Below are positions 13,506 through 27,268 of a stretch of 64,000 bases of DNA, in pieces. Each line of letters opens with the position of its first letter. Position 1 is the first letter of the stretch. The stretch covers positions 28,148,001 to 28,212,000 of the forward strand of contig OZ024741.1 of NCBI GenBank assembly GCA_964016885.1, in the 5' to 3' direction. The DNA is from Eledone cirrhosa (taxonomy: Eukaryota). Position numbers and translations under genes: made by a program. The notes under the pieces are model-generated. The model did not search any database. It had not been told where the DNA came from and was given only the letters and a program-made list of their open reading frames with translations.

Positions 13506-13928
13506 TGTATCTCATAGAAGGTTTCTTGGGTGCTTTAATGATAGGGAGCCCAGTCTTATCACGTTATCGTTACAGCTCACCCCTATGTAGGTTTAGCTGG
13601 CCTTCTACAAGGTTGTACCCCATAGGAGGTTTCTTGGATGTTTTAATGATAGGAACCCCAGTCCGATCATGTTGTTATTACAACTCACACCTATGTATTT
13701 CGCGATGTAAATGTTGTGTTTTGTTTTTGTTGTTACAGCTCAAACCTATGTAAGTTTAGTTGACCCATTATAAGGTTGTATCTCGTAGGAAGTTTCTTAC
13801 GTGTTTAACCCCAGTCCTATCATGTTGTCACAGCTCACACCTATGTAGGTTTAGCTGGCCTCCTACAAGGTTGTATCTCATAGAAGGTTTCTCCAATATT
13901 TTAATGATAGGGACCCCGGTCCTATCAT
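13506..13928. repeat. Diverged ~100-110-bp minisatellite, ~4 units
   Basis: ttgtatctcatagaaggtttc..cccagtcctatcatg..acagctcacacctatgtaggtttagctggcc recurs. Confidence 0.8.
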
Positions 13929-14331
13929 GGTGATGATGTAAATACGTTTATATTTTATTTCTTGTCAGGAACAGGCATACCACTGACAGGCCTAAAACCA
14001 ATCTCGTTCAATTACATCTATTATAATCAGACGTGGTTTAGTGATCGGGTGAATCCCTAGGTAGAATTTGAACTCAGAACACACTGCCAGAAAAGAAAAA
14101 CCTAGTTATATCATCTGCTATTTCAACAATTTCTTCGATCCTCCGTCATGAACTGATATTTTATTCCTCAAAGTCAAAGTAGAACGTGGTATGACTTCAA
14201 CTTAGAACTCCTAAAGTCATAGATATGTCTTCTGTGAATACTATCTGCGAGTGGGCAGATGCCTTAAACAGATGAAAATTTAGTAAATACATTAACAAAG
14301 TAAAGCTAACATTTGTACTGATATTAGCAAC

Positions 14332-14598
14332 CAAGGTCCTTGTTTCAGGGGGTACCAGGGGACAAGTCCCCCCCCACCCCACACCAACTTTTTCAAACGT
14401 CTATATTTTATTTTTTGTTTATTTTATATAATAAATTCTTTTAAAGTTTTTTTTTTTTAATATATAAAATTTAATTAGCATAAGATTTTACTTATGTGAT
14501 AGGGTCCGGGAAAGGGACCATAAGCAATTTATGCTCCTTTAAGAATCAACAAATGTTGGTTTGTCCCCCTCACATTTTGAAGGCAAACGAGGCCCCTG
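14332..14598. mobile_element. hAT-type MITE (267 bp)
   Basis: Exact 8-bp TSD TTAGCAAC at 14324..14331 and 14599..14606; 15-bp TIRs matching 11/15, starting CA(A/G)GG. Confidence 0.75.
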
Positions 14599-15083
14599 TT
14601 AGCAACTAAAAGGTTTTCATTTCAGATTTACTTCAGCCAATTTAATTACTATTTCCAATGAACTCTTCCATCAACGGAAACTCAGTCTCCCTAGTTGTCA
14701 AGAAAATGGAGATCTTTTTATCTCTATTTAGATTCAAAATGCACTTTATTATCTCACAGGCCTCTTCTTTAATCCTATCTTCCTGTCTGAAAAATTACGA
14801 GACGGCATACAGGACACTGTAGTTCAAGGGATAGACGTTTACACACACACACACACACACACTAACACACACACAATGCACCCCCTCACACACACATACG
14901 CCCCTTCACACACACACACGCCCCCTCACACACATACGCCCCCCCTTTCACACACACACATACACACACACTTCAAATATAAACTTGCAATAGGTAAAAT
15001 GTCAAAATATTTTAATATATAGTGAATCAAAATATGCGTACAATTAACGAAGTAAATATAATGGGAAGAGGTTAATATATAAG

Positions 15084-15128
<45 letters not shown>

Positions 15129-15141
15129 GAGGTTTGTTCCC

Positions 15142-15172
<31 letters not shown>

Positions 15173-15247
15173 ACGAGTAAAAGTATAACGAAAAAAGATG
15201 AAATCGAAAATGAAACTGGAGTCTTTTTAAGAATATTTATTTGGTTC

Positions 15248-15283
15248 CTTTACCGGTTTCGCAGTTCTCATGCTTTTCAAAAG
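15248..15283 (-). ncRNA. Minimal hammerhead variant (U3:A8)
   Basis: Minus strand CTT-TTGAAAA-GCA tgagaac TGC-GAAA-CCGG-TA-AAG. Confidence 0.55.
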
Positions 15284-15315
15284 TAGAATTGAGATGGAGG
15301 GATTGTGGTTTTTCT

Positions 15316-15354
<39 letters not shown>

Positions 15355-15532
15355 TTCAAGAGTAACCAATCTTAAAGAGACAGATGGAGATAGTAGAGGA
15401 GATATGAGAGGAGAGATTGGTGAGTTAGTTAGAAGCCGAAGCGTAAAGGCATGTGCTCAATGTGCAATATGCAGTAGAAAGCAGCTAGGTGGCTGGGTTC
15501 ATGCAGAAGTTAGGTGCGCAGAGCTGGAAATA

Positions 15533-16226
<694 letters not shown>

Positions 16227-16243
16227 ATGTATATATATATATA

Positions 16244-16843
16244 CTCTCGGGTTTCGAATAATTGGCCACCCCCCACCCAGCTAATTAATTTTTCAGATTT
16301 TTCCAATCCTCCTCTTATTAAATTTTACTAATTTATCTCCGGTGAAATTATATTTTAAGTGGTATCATTCCTGAAATAATTAATTTTTCTTTGTACATTA
16401 AAAAAACATTACACATGACAAGGGTGGTCGATTGGCAGTATCGGTAGAGGGTCGGACGCCATGCTTTGACGTATAGAGTTGCGGCCCTTGCCATTCTGAG
16501 TTCAAGTCCTGCCGAGGTTAACTTTGCCTTTCATCCTTACGGGGTCGATAAAATAAAGTACCAGTAATGTACTGGGTAATTGCTGGCCTTGTGCCAAAAG
16601 TAGAAACAATTATGCATGACAAAAAAGTATATTACTAGAAATCCCATATGTTATAAAATAGATAGGATGGGTTGAGGGTCTCAATATGTAAACTAAACGA
16701 CTAATTCTGGGTTTTTTTTAAATCAGCGGAGACAGCCGGGGAGAATTACCTATCCCCCCACCACTTATTTTACACCCCCGCTTATTCCAACTCTCCATCT
16801 TATTATACACCCCTACACCCCCCTATTATTTAGAACTCGAGAG
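16244..16843. mobile_element. TA-flanked MITE (Tc1/mariner/pogo-like) carrying a SINE insertion
   Basis: TIRs ctctcgggtttcgaataat vs reverse complement ctctcgagttctaaataat; TA on both sides. Confidence 0.65.
16422..16612 (+). mobile_element. tRNA-derived SINE (short-tail subfamily)
   Basis: A box tggcagtatcggtag, B box gagttcaagtc, central gcctttcatccttacggggtcgataaaataaagtaccag; TSD ~catgacaa. Confidence 0.85.
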
Positions 16844-17032
16844 TACACAAACATTTGTGGAAAAAAGTGATTTTTTAAAATCATATATATATAATTCATA
16901 TGAGTGCTGTATTAGTGTACTCACGAACCGGCCCAAATTATTATAATGTATGCTTACTCTTTACTATGCTTTTTATAAATTACAGAATAGGTAGATAAAA
17001 TACTTGAGGTGGGCCTGTCAACCTTTAATAAT

Positions 17033-17248
17033 GGTTTCTTATATAGGCACAAAGCCAGCAATTCTGGAGGAGGGGAAAGTCGATTAAATCGACCCTAGTG
17101 AGTGACTGGTACTTTATTTTATCAATCCCGTAAGGATGAAAGGCAAAGTCAATCTCGGCGGGATTTGAACTCAGATCATAAAGGGCCGTAACCCTATGAA
17201 AGCATGGCGTCCGACCCTCTACCGATACTGCCAATCCACCGCTCTCGC
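17033..17248 (-). mobile_element. tRNA-derived SINE (long-tail subfamily)
   Basis: Same family; ~14-bp TSD caacctttaataat. Confidence 0.85.
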
Positions 17249-17531
17249 CAACCTTTAATAATAAAAGCTATGCCCATTTTCACAAGAGAGAACATCTCTC
17301 ACCTACCCCAAAGTAGTTGGGAGATCCCCCGTCGGGCGGGGAGAGTTGACAGATCTGCGAGGTTGATACTTCTCTCTTTCTTTGTATCCTTGCTCCCTCC
17401 CCCTCTTAGAATTGACTACACTCCTTTGGGAGAAGAGTTGTGTTAGGGTTTAATAAAATATTTTCCTATAGAACTAATAAGCTTCACAAACTCATCCAAG
17501 GGTCCGACAATAATGTGCAGCGAACTAGGTA

Positions 17532-17853
17532 CAGTGGAACCTCAGGTCACGAACTTAATTCGTCTCTGAAGGCCGTTCATCACCCGAAATGTTCAAAATC
17601 CCAAACTATTTTTCCCGTACAGTAAGAGTGACTGTATGTGAAAGGCAGATAGATATCACCATAATAACTAACTTCACAGCAAGTGACACATTCCCGCCGA
17701 TACTCCCAGGTTGTCGCCAACTGTTGTTGGTGACTTGAGTGTTCGTTACTCGAGACACCATTCGTCAACCGAAACGTTTTGTGTTCGGAAAAATTGTTCG
17801 CGAACCGATTTGTTCGTCGTGATGAGAGGCTTTCGTGAACCGAGGTTCCACTT
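17532..17853. mobile_element. Tigger/pogo-like MITE
   Basis: TIR cagtggaacctc(a/g)g(g/t)tcacgaa at both ends, TA target duplication. Confidence 0.75.
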
Positions 17854-17870
17854 TATAGATATATTCTGTG

Positions 17871-18483
17871 CATATCGTAGTTGAGGCGGTCCCTTATTAG
17901 TTCTGTGTCGGGCGGCTCTTTATTAGTTTGGTGTCGGGCGGTCCCTTATTAGTTCGGTGTCGGGCGGTCCCTTATCATATCGTAGTTGAGGCGGTCCTTT
18001 ATTAGTTCGGTATCGGGCGGCCCTTTATTAGTTCGGTGTCGGGTGGCCCTTTATTAGTTTGGTGTCGGGCGGCCCTTTATTAGTTTGGTGTCGGGCGATC
18101 CCTTATTAGTTCGGTGTCGGGCGATCCCTTATTAGTTCGGTGTCGAGCAGTCCCTTTATTAGTTCGGTGTCGGGCGGCCCTTTATTAGTTCGATGTCGGC
18201 GGTCCCTTATTAGTTCAGTGTCGGGCGGCCCCTTATTAGTTTGGTATCGGGCGGCCCTTTATTAGTTCGGTGTCGGGCGGCGCTTTATTAGTTCAGTGTC
18301 AGGCGGCCCTATATTACTATATTAGTTCAGTGTCGGGCTGTCCCTTATTAGTTTGGTGTCGGGCGGTCCCTTATTAGTTCGGTGTCGGGCAGTCCCTTTA
18401 TTAGTTCGGTGTCGGGCGGCTCTTTATTAGTTCGGTGTTGGGCGGTCCCTTATCACATCGTAGTTGAAGCGGTCCTTTATTAG
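17871..18483. repeat. GC-rich ~26-27-bp minisatellite, ~20 units
   Basis: Unit TTATTAGTTCGGTGTCGGGCGG(T/C)CC(C/T), contiguous, with three variant units containing atcgtagttga. Confidence 0.9.
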
Positions 18484-19285
18484 GTGTCGCTGTAGTATGA
18501 TGTGGATGTAGTAAATCTTACTAGATGTTAGCGTAGCAAAACAATGAACATGCTCTTTCATTGTTGTAACCTTTGTCATCTTTATCGTTTCTGTCATCAA
18601 TTTACTGATTGGTTGGAACATCTGTTCTTCCCCTGCTATCTTACATATTAAAATACTGTGTTTATTATGGTTTGTTGTAATAATTAACCATATTTTACTG
18701 AGAGAAACATTTAATAAATGGAGTAATTAACATCACATATAGCTTTCAGGCAGTGGCAACAGTAATTACCATGCAATTCATGTTCAACATTTATTTTAAT
18801 TACACACACGTTTCAACCAGTAAAATTTTAAATATAAAACACAAATGGATGATATTTTATAACAAACTAGATAAAGGCTTTGCTTTATAAGCACCCCATT
18901 CAGATTTTATATACATTGTGCCATCAAAAATGTTGTCAACACCACGAAAATAATTTGGTTATTGTCTTTTGAGACATTCAAGAAAAAGAATTATAACATC
19001 CTGAAATTGAATGTAGAAAAGTTGGATATAAAAATATAGTAAAATTAAAATAGGAATAAAAACTATAAAAGAGATACACGGATAGAATCCATATATGGTG
19101 TTATAATTAGCATATAACAAATATATAAGATTAAATACAAGTACATGTGTATAATCAATAAACAAACGTTAATGTGTGTGTGCGTTTGTGTGTGTTTGTG
19201 TGTGTGTATGTGTGCATGTGCGTGTGTTTGTGTGTGTGTGTGGGTGGGTGTCTGTGTGTGTGTTTGTGTGTGTGTGTGTGGGTGG

Positions 19286-19364
<79 letters not shown>

Positions 19365-19527
19365 ATACATAAATATTTCCATGCCCAAAAACCAAATAAG
19401 ATATAATGAGATATTTTCACTCACTACCTCCGCCTCTCTCTCCCAATTTCTCACTATTTTAAGCAAATATTCTGTTTTTTCTGTGTATAGGGAATAACAA
19501 AAATGTGTGTACACTTCATTATTTTAA

Positions 19528-19825
19528 AAATAAAGTACCAGTAATGCACTGGTAAATTGCTGGCCTTGTGCCAAAAGTAGAAACAATTATTTTTAAAATG
19601 ATAGGACGGTGGATTGGCAGTATCAGTAGAGAGTCGGACGCCATGCTTTGCAGCATAGGGTTACGGCCTTTTATGATCTGAGTTCAAATCACGCCATGGT
19701 TAATTTTGTCTTTCATCCTTACGGAGTCGATAAAATAAAATACCAGTCACGCACTGGGGTCGATTTAATCGACTTTCCCCTCCCCCAAAATTGCTGGCCT
19801 TGTGCCTATACTAGAAATCATTATT
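19528..19825 (+). mobile_element. SINE 3' fragment followed by a full SINE
   Basis: Fragment 19528..19590; full copy from ~19604 with 17-bp TSD ttatttttaaaatgata. Confidence 0.85.
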
Positions 19826-19897
19826 TTTAAAATGATACAATTTTAAATCTACAGCTATATGCATAAATATTGTTTACACATACACAAAGCCCCTCAT

Positions 19898-19901
19898 ATC
19901 C

Positions 19902-19979
<78 letters not shown>

Positions 19980-19992
19980 ATATCTTTCTATC
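19898..19992. repeat. (ATCT)n microsatellite, 5' flank of Tx1-A
   Basis: direct reading. Confidence 0.95.
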
Positions 19993-20210
19993 AGACGTGT
20001 GTAACTTCGCGGAGAAGTTTCCGTTAATTTATATAAGAAAAAAACGTGAGTTTTTAGTTAAATTTTATATTATTGTGTAACTTGACCCCCCGTCTGAACC
20101 TTCAGGTGGTGGGTCAACTCATTTTCGCCCCTACAGGGGCGGAATATCCATTTGAAAAATTTTTTCTCCATCGAATCTTGGAAAAAATATTGTAAAATTT
20201 TGATTACGTT

Positions 20211-22125
20211 ATGAACGCTGCGTCCAACGATAATGGTGGTGGAGAGGCGGTAAGACTACAAAGCTCGCAGTCAACAACGTCTTCTTCACTAGATACTATA
20301 GAGATGGAAAGACGAAATGAAAATGTAAAAACGAATTCATATCCAAACAACACAAATGACACCAAACAATTCAATGACAACAAAAATAACAGCAACACCA
20401 ATAATGATGATAAAAGCAACAATGATAACAACAACAAAGAAAAAAATAAAGACAACACCAATAACACCAGCATCAAAGACAACAACAACACCAAGGAAAA
20501 TACGAATAATACCAACATCGGTGACAACAAGAATAACAACAAAATAACAACAATAATGACAACACCAACAACACGGATTCCACAAAGAAACCAAAAATCT
20601 CCTTTGCAGAGAAAGTAAAAAAAAAGGAGGAATTGATATATCTCGACATAACAAATGCTGAACAACTTTTAAAGGACGCTAGGAGATATGTCACTTTCGA
20701 AAAAAATGGTGCTTTCAGCATCAATTCTCCGGTAGAAATTCGCAAGGAAACTGCTCTCAAAACGATAGTTTTTAGGACAGTTTCCAATTCTACCCGAAAA
20801 CCAGTCCAATTGTCACAGAAAGAAATTGAACTGGTTTTCAAAAATTCAATGAATGATATTGCATTCATTCAAAGAAGCAAACTTTTTGGGAGTATTTCGG
20901 TACTCATGAAGGATCAATTGACGGCCCAAAATTACTCTGTGTCGCCAATTGTATCCAACCTGTACACCTTTTTCCCTACATACATGGGAAAAAGGACACA
21001 AAAGATCAGAATCACGAGTGTCACACCAAAGGTGAACATATGATGGATACTATGCGGCTTCATCAATTTTGATGAAGACAGAATACTGTCAGTAGGAAAG
21101 TTCCCCAGAGATGTATTCAATGGGACTAGCATTGAAGTTCTGGTGCAAATGAACCCAGAGCGAATAGCTATGATCCCACAACGTGTACTCCTGGACGGAC
21201 TCACCTACATAAACTTTTCGGTTGAGGGTAGGCGGCCTTCATGTTACCATTGCTTTATCAGGAGTCACCTGAGGGCTTCCTGTCCTAAATTAATGAATAA
21301 AAAAAGGCTCTTCTACCGACACCCATCAAAACAACACAACCACCAACACCACCACAAGAACAACAACACCAACATACAAAAATAACCACAACAAACACAG
21401 TCCCACCCAACCCCACTCCACCTAAAACCACTGCAAAATCACATACAGACACAACAGCTCCCCAAAACATACACCTCCCCAATCACACAGACGATACAAC
21501 AGATGAGGCTATCTCGCCATCACCCAGTGAAGACCAGGGAGAACCCCATCGCTCGAAAAGAAAGAAAAGACATCACGAAAGCAAAAAAACCAGCAAACAC
21601 TACCACAAACATACAACCACCAACACAAACAACAAAAACATCACAAACAAAACCCCCACCTCCTGAAAACAAAATACCTACAACAAAACGAAAGCACACA
21701 CAAGAACTACAGACAAAAACAAACACAACACAAGAAAATTACACTTACACTTACATAAACACTGAAAACAAAACACTAATGGAGACCATCACGAACGACC
21801 CTTCGGTGAAAACCGAAGGGAAAACTTTCGCCCACTCTATTAAAAATAGCAAAAAACTGAACCTAAAACTGATTAGGGTCCCTATACAAACTTATAGGTC
21901 CCTAAAAGAAACATTTGAGAAGGATGTGGGGAATTCCTGCGTGAAACCACTCAACCGCGTCCTCCTCAAATGTCTCCCCACCCAGACACCCCCATCCCAC
22001 CAGACCCCACCCCACCAAACATCTCCGTCCCCACCCCGCCGGAAACCACCACCCATCCAGACAACCCCTCCAACACCCCCATGGAAATCGTGCGGCCTGG
22101 TCCCCAGGAGACGAAGGGTGAGTGA
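20211..22125 (+). pseudogene. Tx1-A ORF1 (gag-like), frameshifted
   Basis: N-rich N-terminus, SVEGRRPSCYHCFIRSHLRASC knuckle, T/P-rich C-terminus; broken into several ORFs. Confidence 0.8.
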
Positions 22126-22158
22126 TCTCTTTTCCTCTTTTAACTTTTCAGCACCAAC

Positions 22159-25100
22159 ATGGCCAATATAAGAGTTGGATGTGTGAACGTACGCGGCCTG
22201 GGGATGCCCTGGAAACAGGACAAACTCTTAAACGACCTCAGGTCGCACAGTATGGATGTGGTAGCCATTTGCGAGTCCAGGATCCACAGCGAGCGACAGC
22301 TGGCCCCCATCTTCGATGACTTTGAGATCTACGCATCTCTCTGTCAACCGGGGGGTGGGGGCGGAGTTGCCGTTTTGCTGCGGAAACACCTGGGCCTCGT
22401 AACACAGACGGTACATTTGGACCAGGAGGGTCGACTGGAATCCTAGATGCACGTTGGGACTATGTGGGAGCATGTCCCGATAAAGGGGGGTGTAACAGCC
22501 TCAAACAGTTAATCGACCGATTTGACCTGGCCGATAGATATCGACTAGATTTTCCGACTGCGCCACTGTGGACGTGGAGTAATCGTTGCGGAACATCTAG
22601 ATCGTACCTAGATAGGGTTCTAGTTAGAAATAAGGATAGGGACATGTTAAGCTGTTCACAAATGTTCATGGTTGCCTATTCAGATCACAAACTAGTGACC
22701 TGCATGGCCAACCTTGATAGAACCCATAGACAAGGACCCGGCTACTGGAAGCTGAACTTGTCGTTACCGACAAGCAAAGCCTACAGTAGACGGATTAGCA
22801 CTTTAGTTAAACAGCACTTGACAGGGGCCATTGTCAACAACAGATGGTGGTACTCTCTCAAGAGGGCAGTTAGATTAGACTCGATAGTTTTTAGTAAAGA
22901 ATTAGCGTTAGATAGAAATAGAACCGAGAAGGAACTGGTAGATAAAGTAGAAGAGGCAATTAGAAGTGGCAACGTAGCCAGCGTGCTAGCAACGAGAACG
23001 GCCTTGGACCAGTTATTCGACGCAAAGCACGAGGGCTGCGTTGTCAGAAGCAAAATACGTGCTCTGGGAAACGAGGGAGCCAAAGCTGTTAGCTGGGCCC
23101 GAGTGACGGAGGCAAAAAGTGGCAATAAGTCCACGATTCGGTCTTTGAAGGACCAAAACGGACGCGTGATACGTGAGCCGAAGCAGATGTGTGCGGCTTT
23201 TCAGCGACACTTTGCTCGGCTGTTCGGGGGGGGGGGGGGCGGCGCGCCGGAGAGGCTATGGATTTCGGTCCATACCTCGACGGCCTACCGCGACTCTCGG
23301 ACAGCGGGGCAAAGTTCTGCGAAAAGCCGATTTCATCCACTGAGATAGGGGACGCGCTGAGCCAATGCGGCAAACGCAAATCTCCAGGTCTCGACGGTCT
23401 ACCCTACAAATTTTACGTAGCAATGCCGGACTTATTCTCCGGTCTCCTGGAAGCGGTCTACTGCAACTGGGAACAGAACGGGAGAATTCCCAGTTCTGTA
23501 ACCGGGGCGTGGTCATACTAATCAGGAAGGACGAGAATAAGGGGGATGACATAGGCAACTTCCGGCCCATAACTCTGCTAAACACAGAGTTACAGATTTT
23601 GGCCAAGGTGTTGGCAAAGAGGCTGGCGCTTGTCGTCGAGAACCTGGTGGGAGAAGCGCAGACATGCGCAATCTCGACCAGGTCCATACACGACAACCTC
23701 CACCTCATGCGATACATCATAGTGAGGGTAGGGTGTAAACCCGGCTTCGGTTGGGCCCTGATCAACTTGGATCAGTCTAAGGCTTTTGATAGGGTTGACC
23801 ATCGTTACCTGGATGCGGTGCTCGAGACGGCAGGCTTCGGACCCGTGTTCAGGGGCTGGATTGCTGCAATGCACAACAGCAACATCTGCTCAAGGGTCAA
23901 GGTGAACGGCTACCTCTCGGAGCCGTTCCATATTACGCGATCCATTCGACAGGGATGCCCTCTCTCCTCCCTTCTGTACGTACTGACTCTCGAGCCACTA
24001 CTGCGGAAGCTGGAGCTATTGCAGGGCATCCCTCTGGAACCGGGACTGCGGAAAGCGACGTCGGCCTACGCCGACGACGTGACAGTAATGGTGTCGAGCG
24101 CCTCGCAAATCGAGGAAGTCGGCACCTTACTGAAGGAATACGAAAGTTTCACAGGAGCGAAGCTGAACCGGGACAAGTCCATCGGTTTGCAACTCGGATC
24201 GTGGAGAGGCAAACCGATGCCTTCCGATGGCGTCGTTGGACGCTGGACGGAAGGACCGGTAAAGCTGCTCGGGGTCTGGTTTGGTCCGGACCTCCAGGTG
24301 GAGAAGAACTGGAACGAAGTGACGGCCAAGGTGTTTGCACTCACCCAGAAGTGGGCCGAGTGCAAACTATCCTTGAAAGGTCGAGCGGACGTGGCGAACA
24401 CTTTCATAGCGTCCGCCATCTGCTACCGCTTGACCGTCGTACCTTGTCCAGCCAAAACGCTCGCCAAAATGGAGCGCGCGCTCTTCCGATTCCTTTGGAA
24501 GAGGCGGGCTCCTTTGGTGAGAAGATATATCTGCTGCCAACACTCTTCTAACGGAGGGCTGGGGATGCCGTGGTTGACGATGCGCAAACACGCGCTCAGG
24601 CTGCGGCATCTCTACGTATTCCTCACCGGACAACCGGTGTGGGCCCCGTTCGTGAGGCGAGCCTTCCCACGACTCGTCTCGCTGACCGAGCTGCAGTCCT
24701 GGGTCAAGCAAAGACCGAGGAAAATGGGCGACTGGCACATCGAATGTGCTCAGGCGCTCACAGCCCTCTGGCAGGCGAACCCGGTGATCAGTGGAGACTC
24801 CACTTCGTCATTCTACAGAGGGTTGATCCGCAGCAAGTGCGACGACGCGCTCGGTGAAACTCTAGGCGTAGAGGAAGATGAACTGGCCAGTCTGTTCGGT
24901 AGGACCTTCCGCCCGGGACCGATGGACAACTTCCAAAAGTCCCTGGCCTGGCAGTGCTACCGAGGAGCTCTACCAGTTCGAGACAAGCTCTACAGACATG
25001 GGCGCCCGGGCAGGGACCCTGCAAAAAAGATCTGTCCGAGGTGCGTGCGAGACGAAGAAACCGTCGCGCACGCATTCATACAGTGCCCGGGCGTCACTGA

Positions 25101-25448
25101 CCTGTGGGGCTATGTAGAACGACTATTGTCGCGGGTGGGACCAATCCGGTTGACTACCGAGTCCATTGTCATGATCAAACCGCCACTTTCCTTAAAAAAC
25201 GAAGGAGAGGCGGTTTTCCTTTGTATGATAGCTATGGCGAAAGAGGTTGTATGGTGGACAAGGTTGAAAGGGCTGAGGTCAGACACCTTTCTCTCCGGCC
25301 AACAACTGATTCTTTTTTTCAAATACCACTTTGGAAGAAGAATCAGGATGGAGAGAGGGGTGCTGTACCCCAGCAAGTTTTATGAAAGGTGGGTGAAAGT
25401 GGCGAGAATGGCCGAGTGAATGGGCCTTCTCTCTATATCAGCCTGTAG
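22159..25448 (+). pseudogene. Tx1-A ORF2 (APE-RT-ZnF), frameshifted, with an internal APE deletion
   Basis: NVRGL, SYLDR, YSDHK, FRPITLLN, RQGCPLS, AYADD; VYAP/GDWN block missing near 22440. Confidence 0.88.
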
Positions 25449-25915
25449 GTTGAGGAAAAGGAGGAGGAGAGGAAAGGAGTACAAACTCTTCGTACTCCTG
25501 GAGATGAGGGTTGCACATTTTTTCGGGGGTATGTGTTACCCCTATAAACTGTCTCCCTCTATTGGGGAATATCGACTAACTTTTTAAATTCCATTTGTGA
25601 TAACATTTTACACGTTTTTATTGTATGTAAACTTCCCCTTTGTATTTGTCCCCTTCTTTTGTGCCCCTGTGGCTAATAAAGAAACATATCTATCTATCTA
25701 TCTCTGGGATGGACACACGCGGGTAACTTGCTGAGTAAGTTCTGTTTAAATTTCTATAGAAATTCCTGTTTGTAAAATTTAATTTTTGTACCATTTTGTA
25801 GAGGGACTGCCAGGTCAAAATTTGATCTGGTCAGTCTCTCAAAATATTCTACGCCTTTAGGCGAAATAGTTAAACAAAAAGTTTTTTTTGTTGAAAAGTT
25901 AACATTTTTTAAAAA

Positions 25916-27244
25916 ATGGCTGAAGCTTCTTCACCAAAATTCGAAGGAGGAAAGGGGAAGATAAGCTTACAGCTTCCTCCTGCCACTGTCACAGTAGCAG
26001 AGGTCAAAAAGAAAGGTCAGCCAGAGGAAGGATTTTCTCCACCTGCTGACCGACAACTTGACGTTGCCATGGCAACAAACCAAAGAACCAGCGGCACCAG
26101 CAACAACAACAACAACAATGCTACGGACGAAAACAACACCAATAACAATAGCAACAACAACAACACCAATAACTGTGATAACAACAACAATGATAACAAC
26201 AACACCACCAACTACAACAGCAACACAAACAAGGAAAAGGTCTCCTTCGCCCAGACGGCAAGGAAAACCCTCGACTATCTGCCAGTAGATATAACCAAAG
26301 CGAAGGAGCTACTGGCAGAGGCAAAAAAATACATAATGTACGGGGAAAATGGTGCATTATGATCGCATCATACTGGATGATCAAACTTTCATCAACATTA
26401 CCGTTGATGGTAGGCGGCCCTCGTGTTACTTCTGTGGAACCAGAGGTCACCTGAGGGCTGTCTGTCCCCAACTTAATAAGAAAACCCAATCCTGCCTACA
26501 CCACCAACAACTGCACAACCAACACAACCACCACAACCACCACTACAAAAACAACAACCACAGCTCAAACCAAAACAAAACAATGTCCAACCCATCCCCC
26601 CCACTAAAAAAAAAACAATTCCCAAAACACCCGCACCGCAAACACAACCCGAAAATATACCCCTCCCCTCCAACGCGGAAGATGACCCTCGTTCGTTGTC
26701 AGACGAAGAGGAGCACTTCCACACAATCAAAAGAAAAAAAAGAAAACACACCTGAGACACACAAATGAAAACAACCCCTCCCCAAAACATAACACTGACA
26801 CCAACACAAAAGAGCTCACAACAACAGCAAACAAAAAACACCACACAAAAGCAAAAACATGCATACACATACATAAACACAAGAAACAAAAAACTGTTAA
26901 ACATTGTGTACAACAACAATCTAATAAAAACCCAAGGGCCTAACTTCACACAGGCAGGGGATTTCCCCCACCTCAAAATGATTAAGGCCCCAAAGGACAC
27001 TTATAAAACTCTAAAAGACAACTTTAAAGAGGACGTGCCCCCCCCCCCCTGCGTCGGGCCCATTAACCGCGTCCTCCTAAAAAACTATCCCACCCCCTCC
27101 CCAAACACCTACACAACTCCAAACACCCCAACCACACAACACACTGATTCCCCTACACTTCCACAAACCACCACCCCACCCAACAACCCATCCCCCATCC
27201 TCATGGAAATTGTGCAGCCCGATACCCGGGACGCAGAGAGGTAA
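25916..27244 (+). pseudogene. Tx1-B ORF1, internal deletion and frameshifts
   Basis: CYFCGTRGHLRAVC knuckle; jumps from ENGA to the pre-knuckle region relative to A. Confidence 0.8.
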
Positions 27245-27268
27245 GTGCCTTTTCTCTTCCCCACCAAC

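Larger units (their letters stand above)
19993..25686 (+). mobile_element. Tx1-like non-LTR retrotransposon copy A, near full length and decayed, in (ATCT)n
   Basis: ORF1 with CX2CX4HX4C knuckle; ORF2 with APE, RT (YADD) and C-terminal CCHC; ends AATAAAGAAACA then (TATC)n. Confidence 0.9.

Noticed and set aside
16422-16520. tRNA gene
   Set aside because: A and B boxes belong to a multi-copy SINE head with TSDs; no cloverleaf.
17871-18483. CRISPR-like array of ~27-bp repeats
   Set aside because: Units are contiguous with no unique spacers, there are no cas genes, and the context is eukaryotic; it is a minisatellite.
18484-18640. Possible host exon on the minus strand (64-aa ORF)
   Set aside because: No recognisable domain and no consistent splice pair; cannot be supported without transcript data.
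22118-22151. 34-nt intron fusing Tx1-A ORF1 to ORF2
   Set aside because: Very short, the product is out of frame with the ORF2 ATG, and B lacks the AG at the equivalent position (none before the ATG in C either).
23225-23240. Programmed frameshift at the poly-G run in Tx1-A ORF2
   Set aside because: Intact copies C and D have no frameshift here; homopolymer slippage or sequencing error is more likely.
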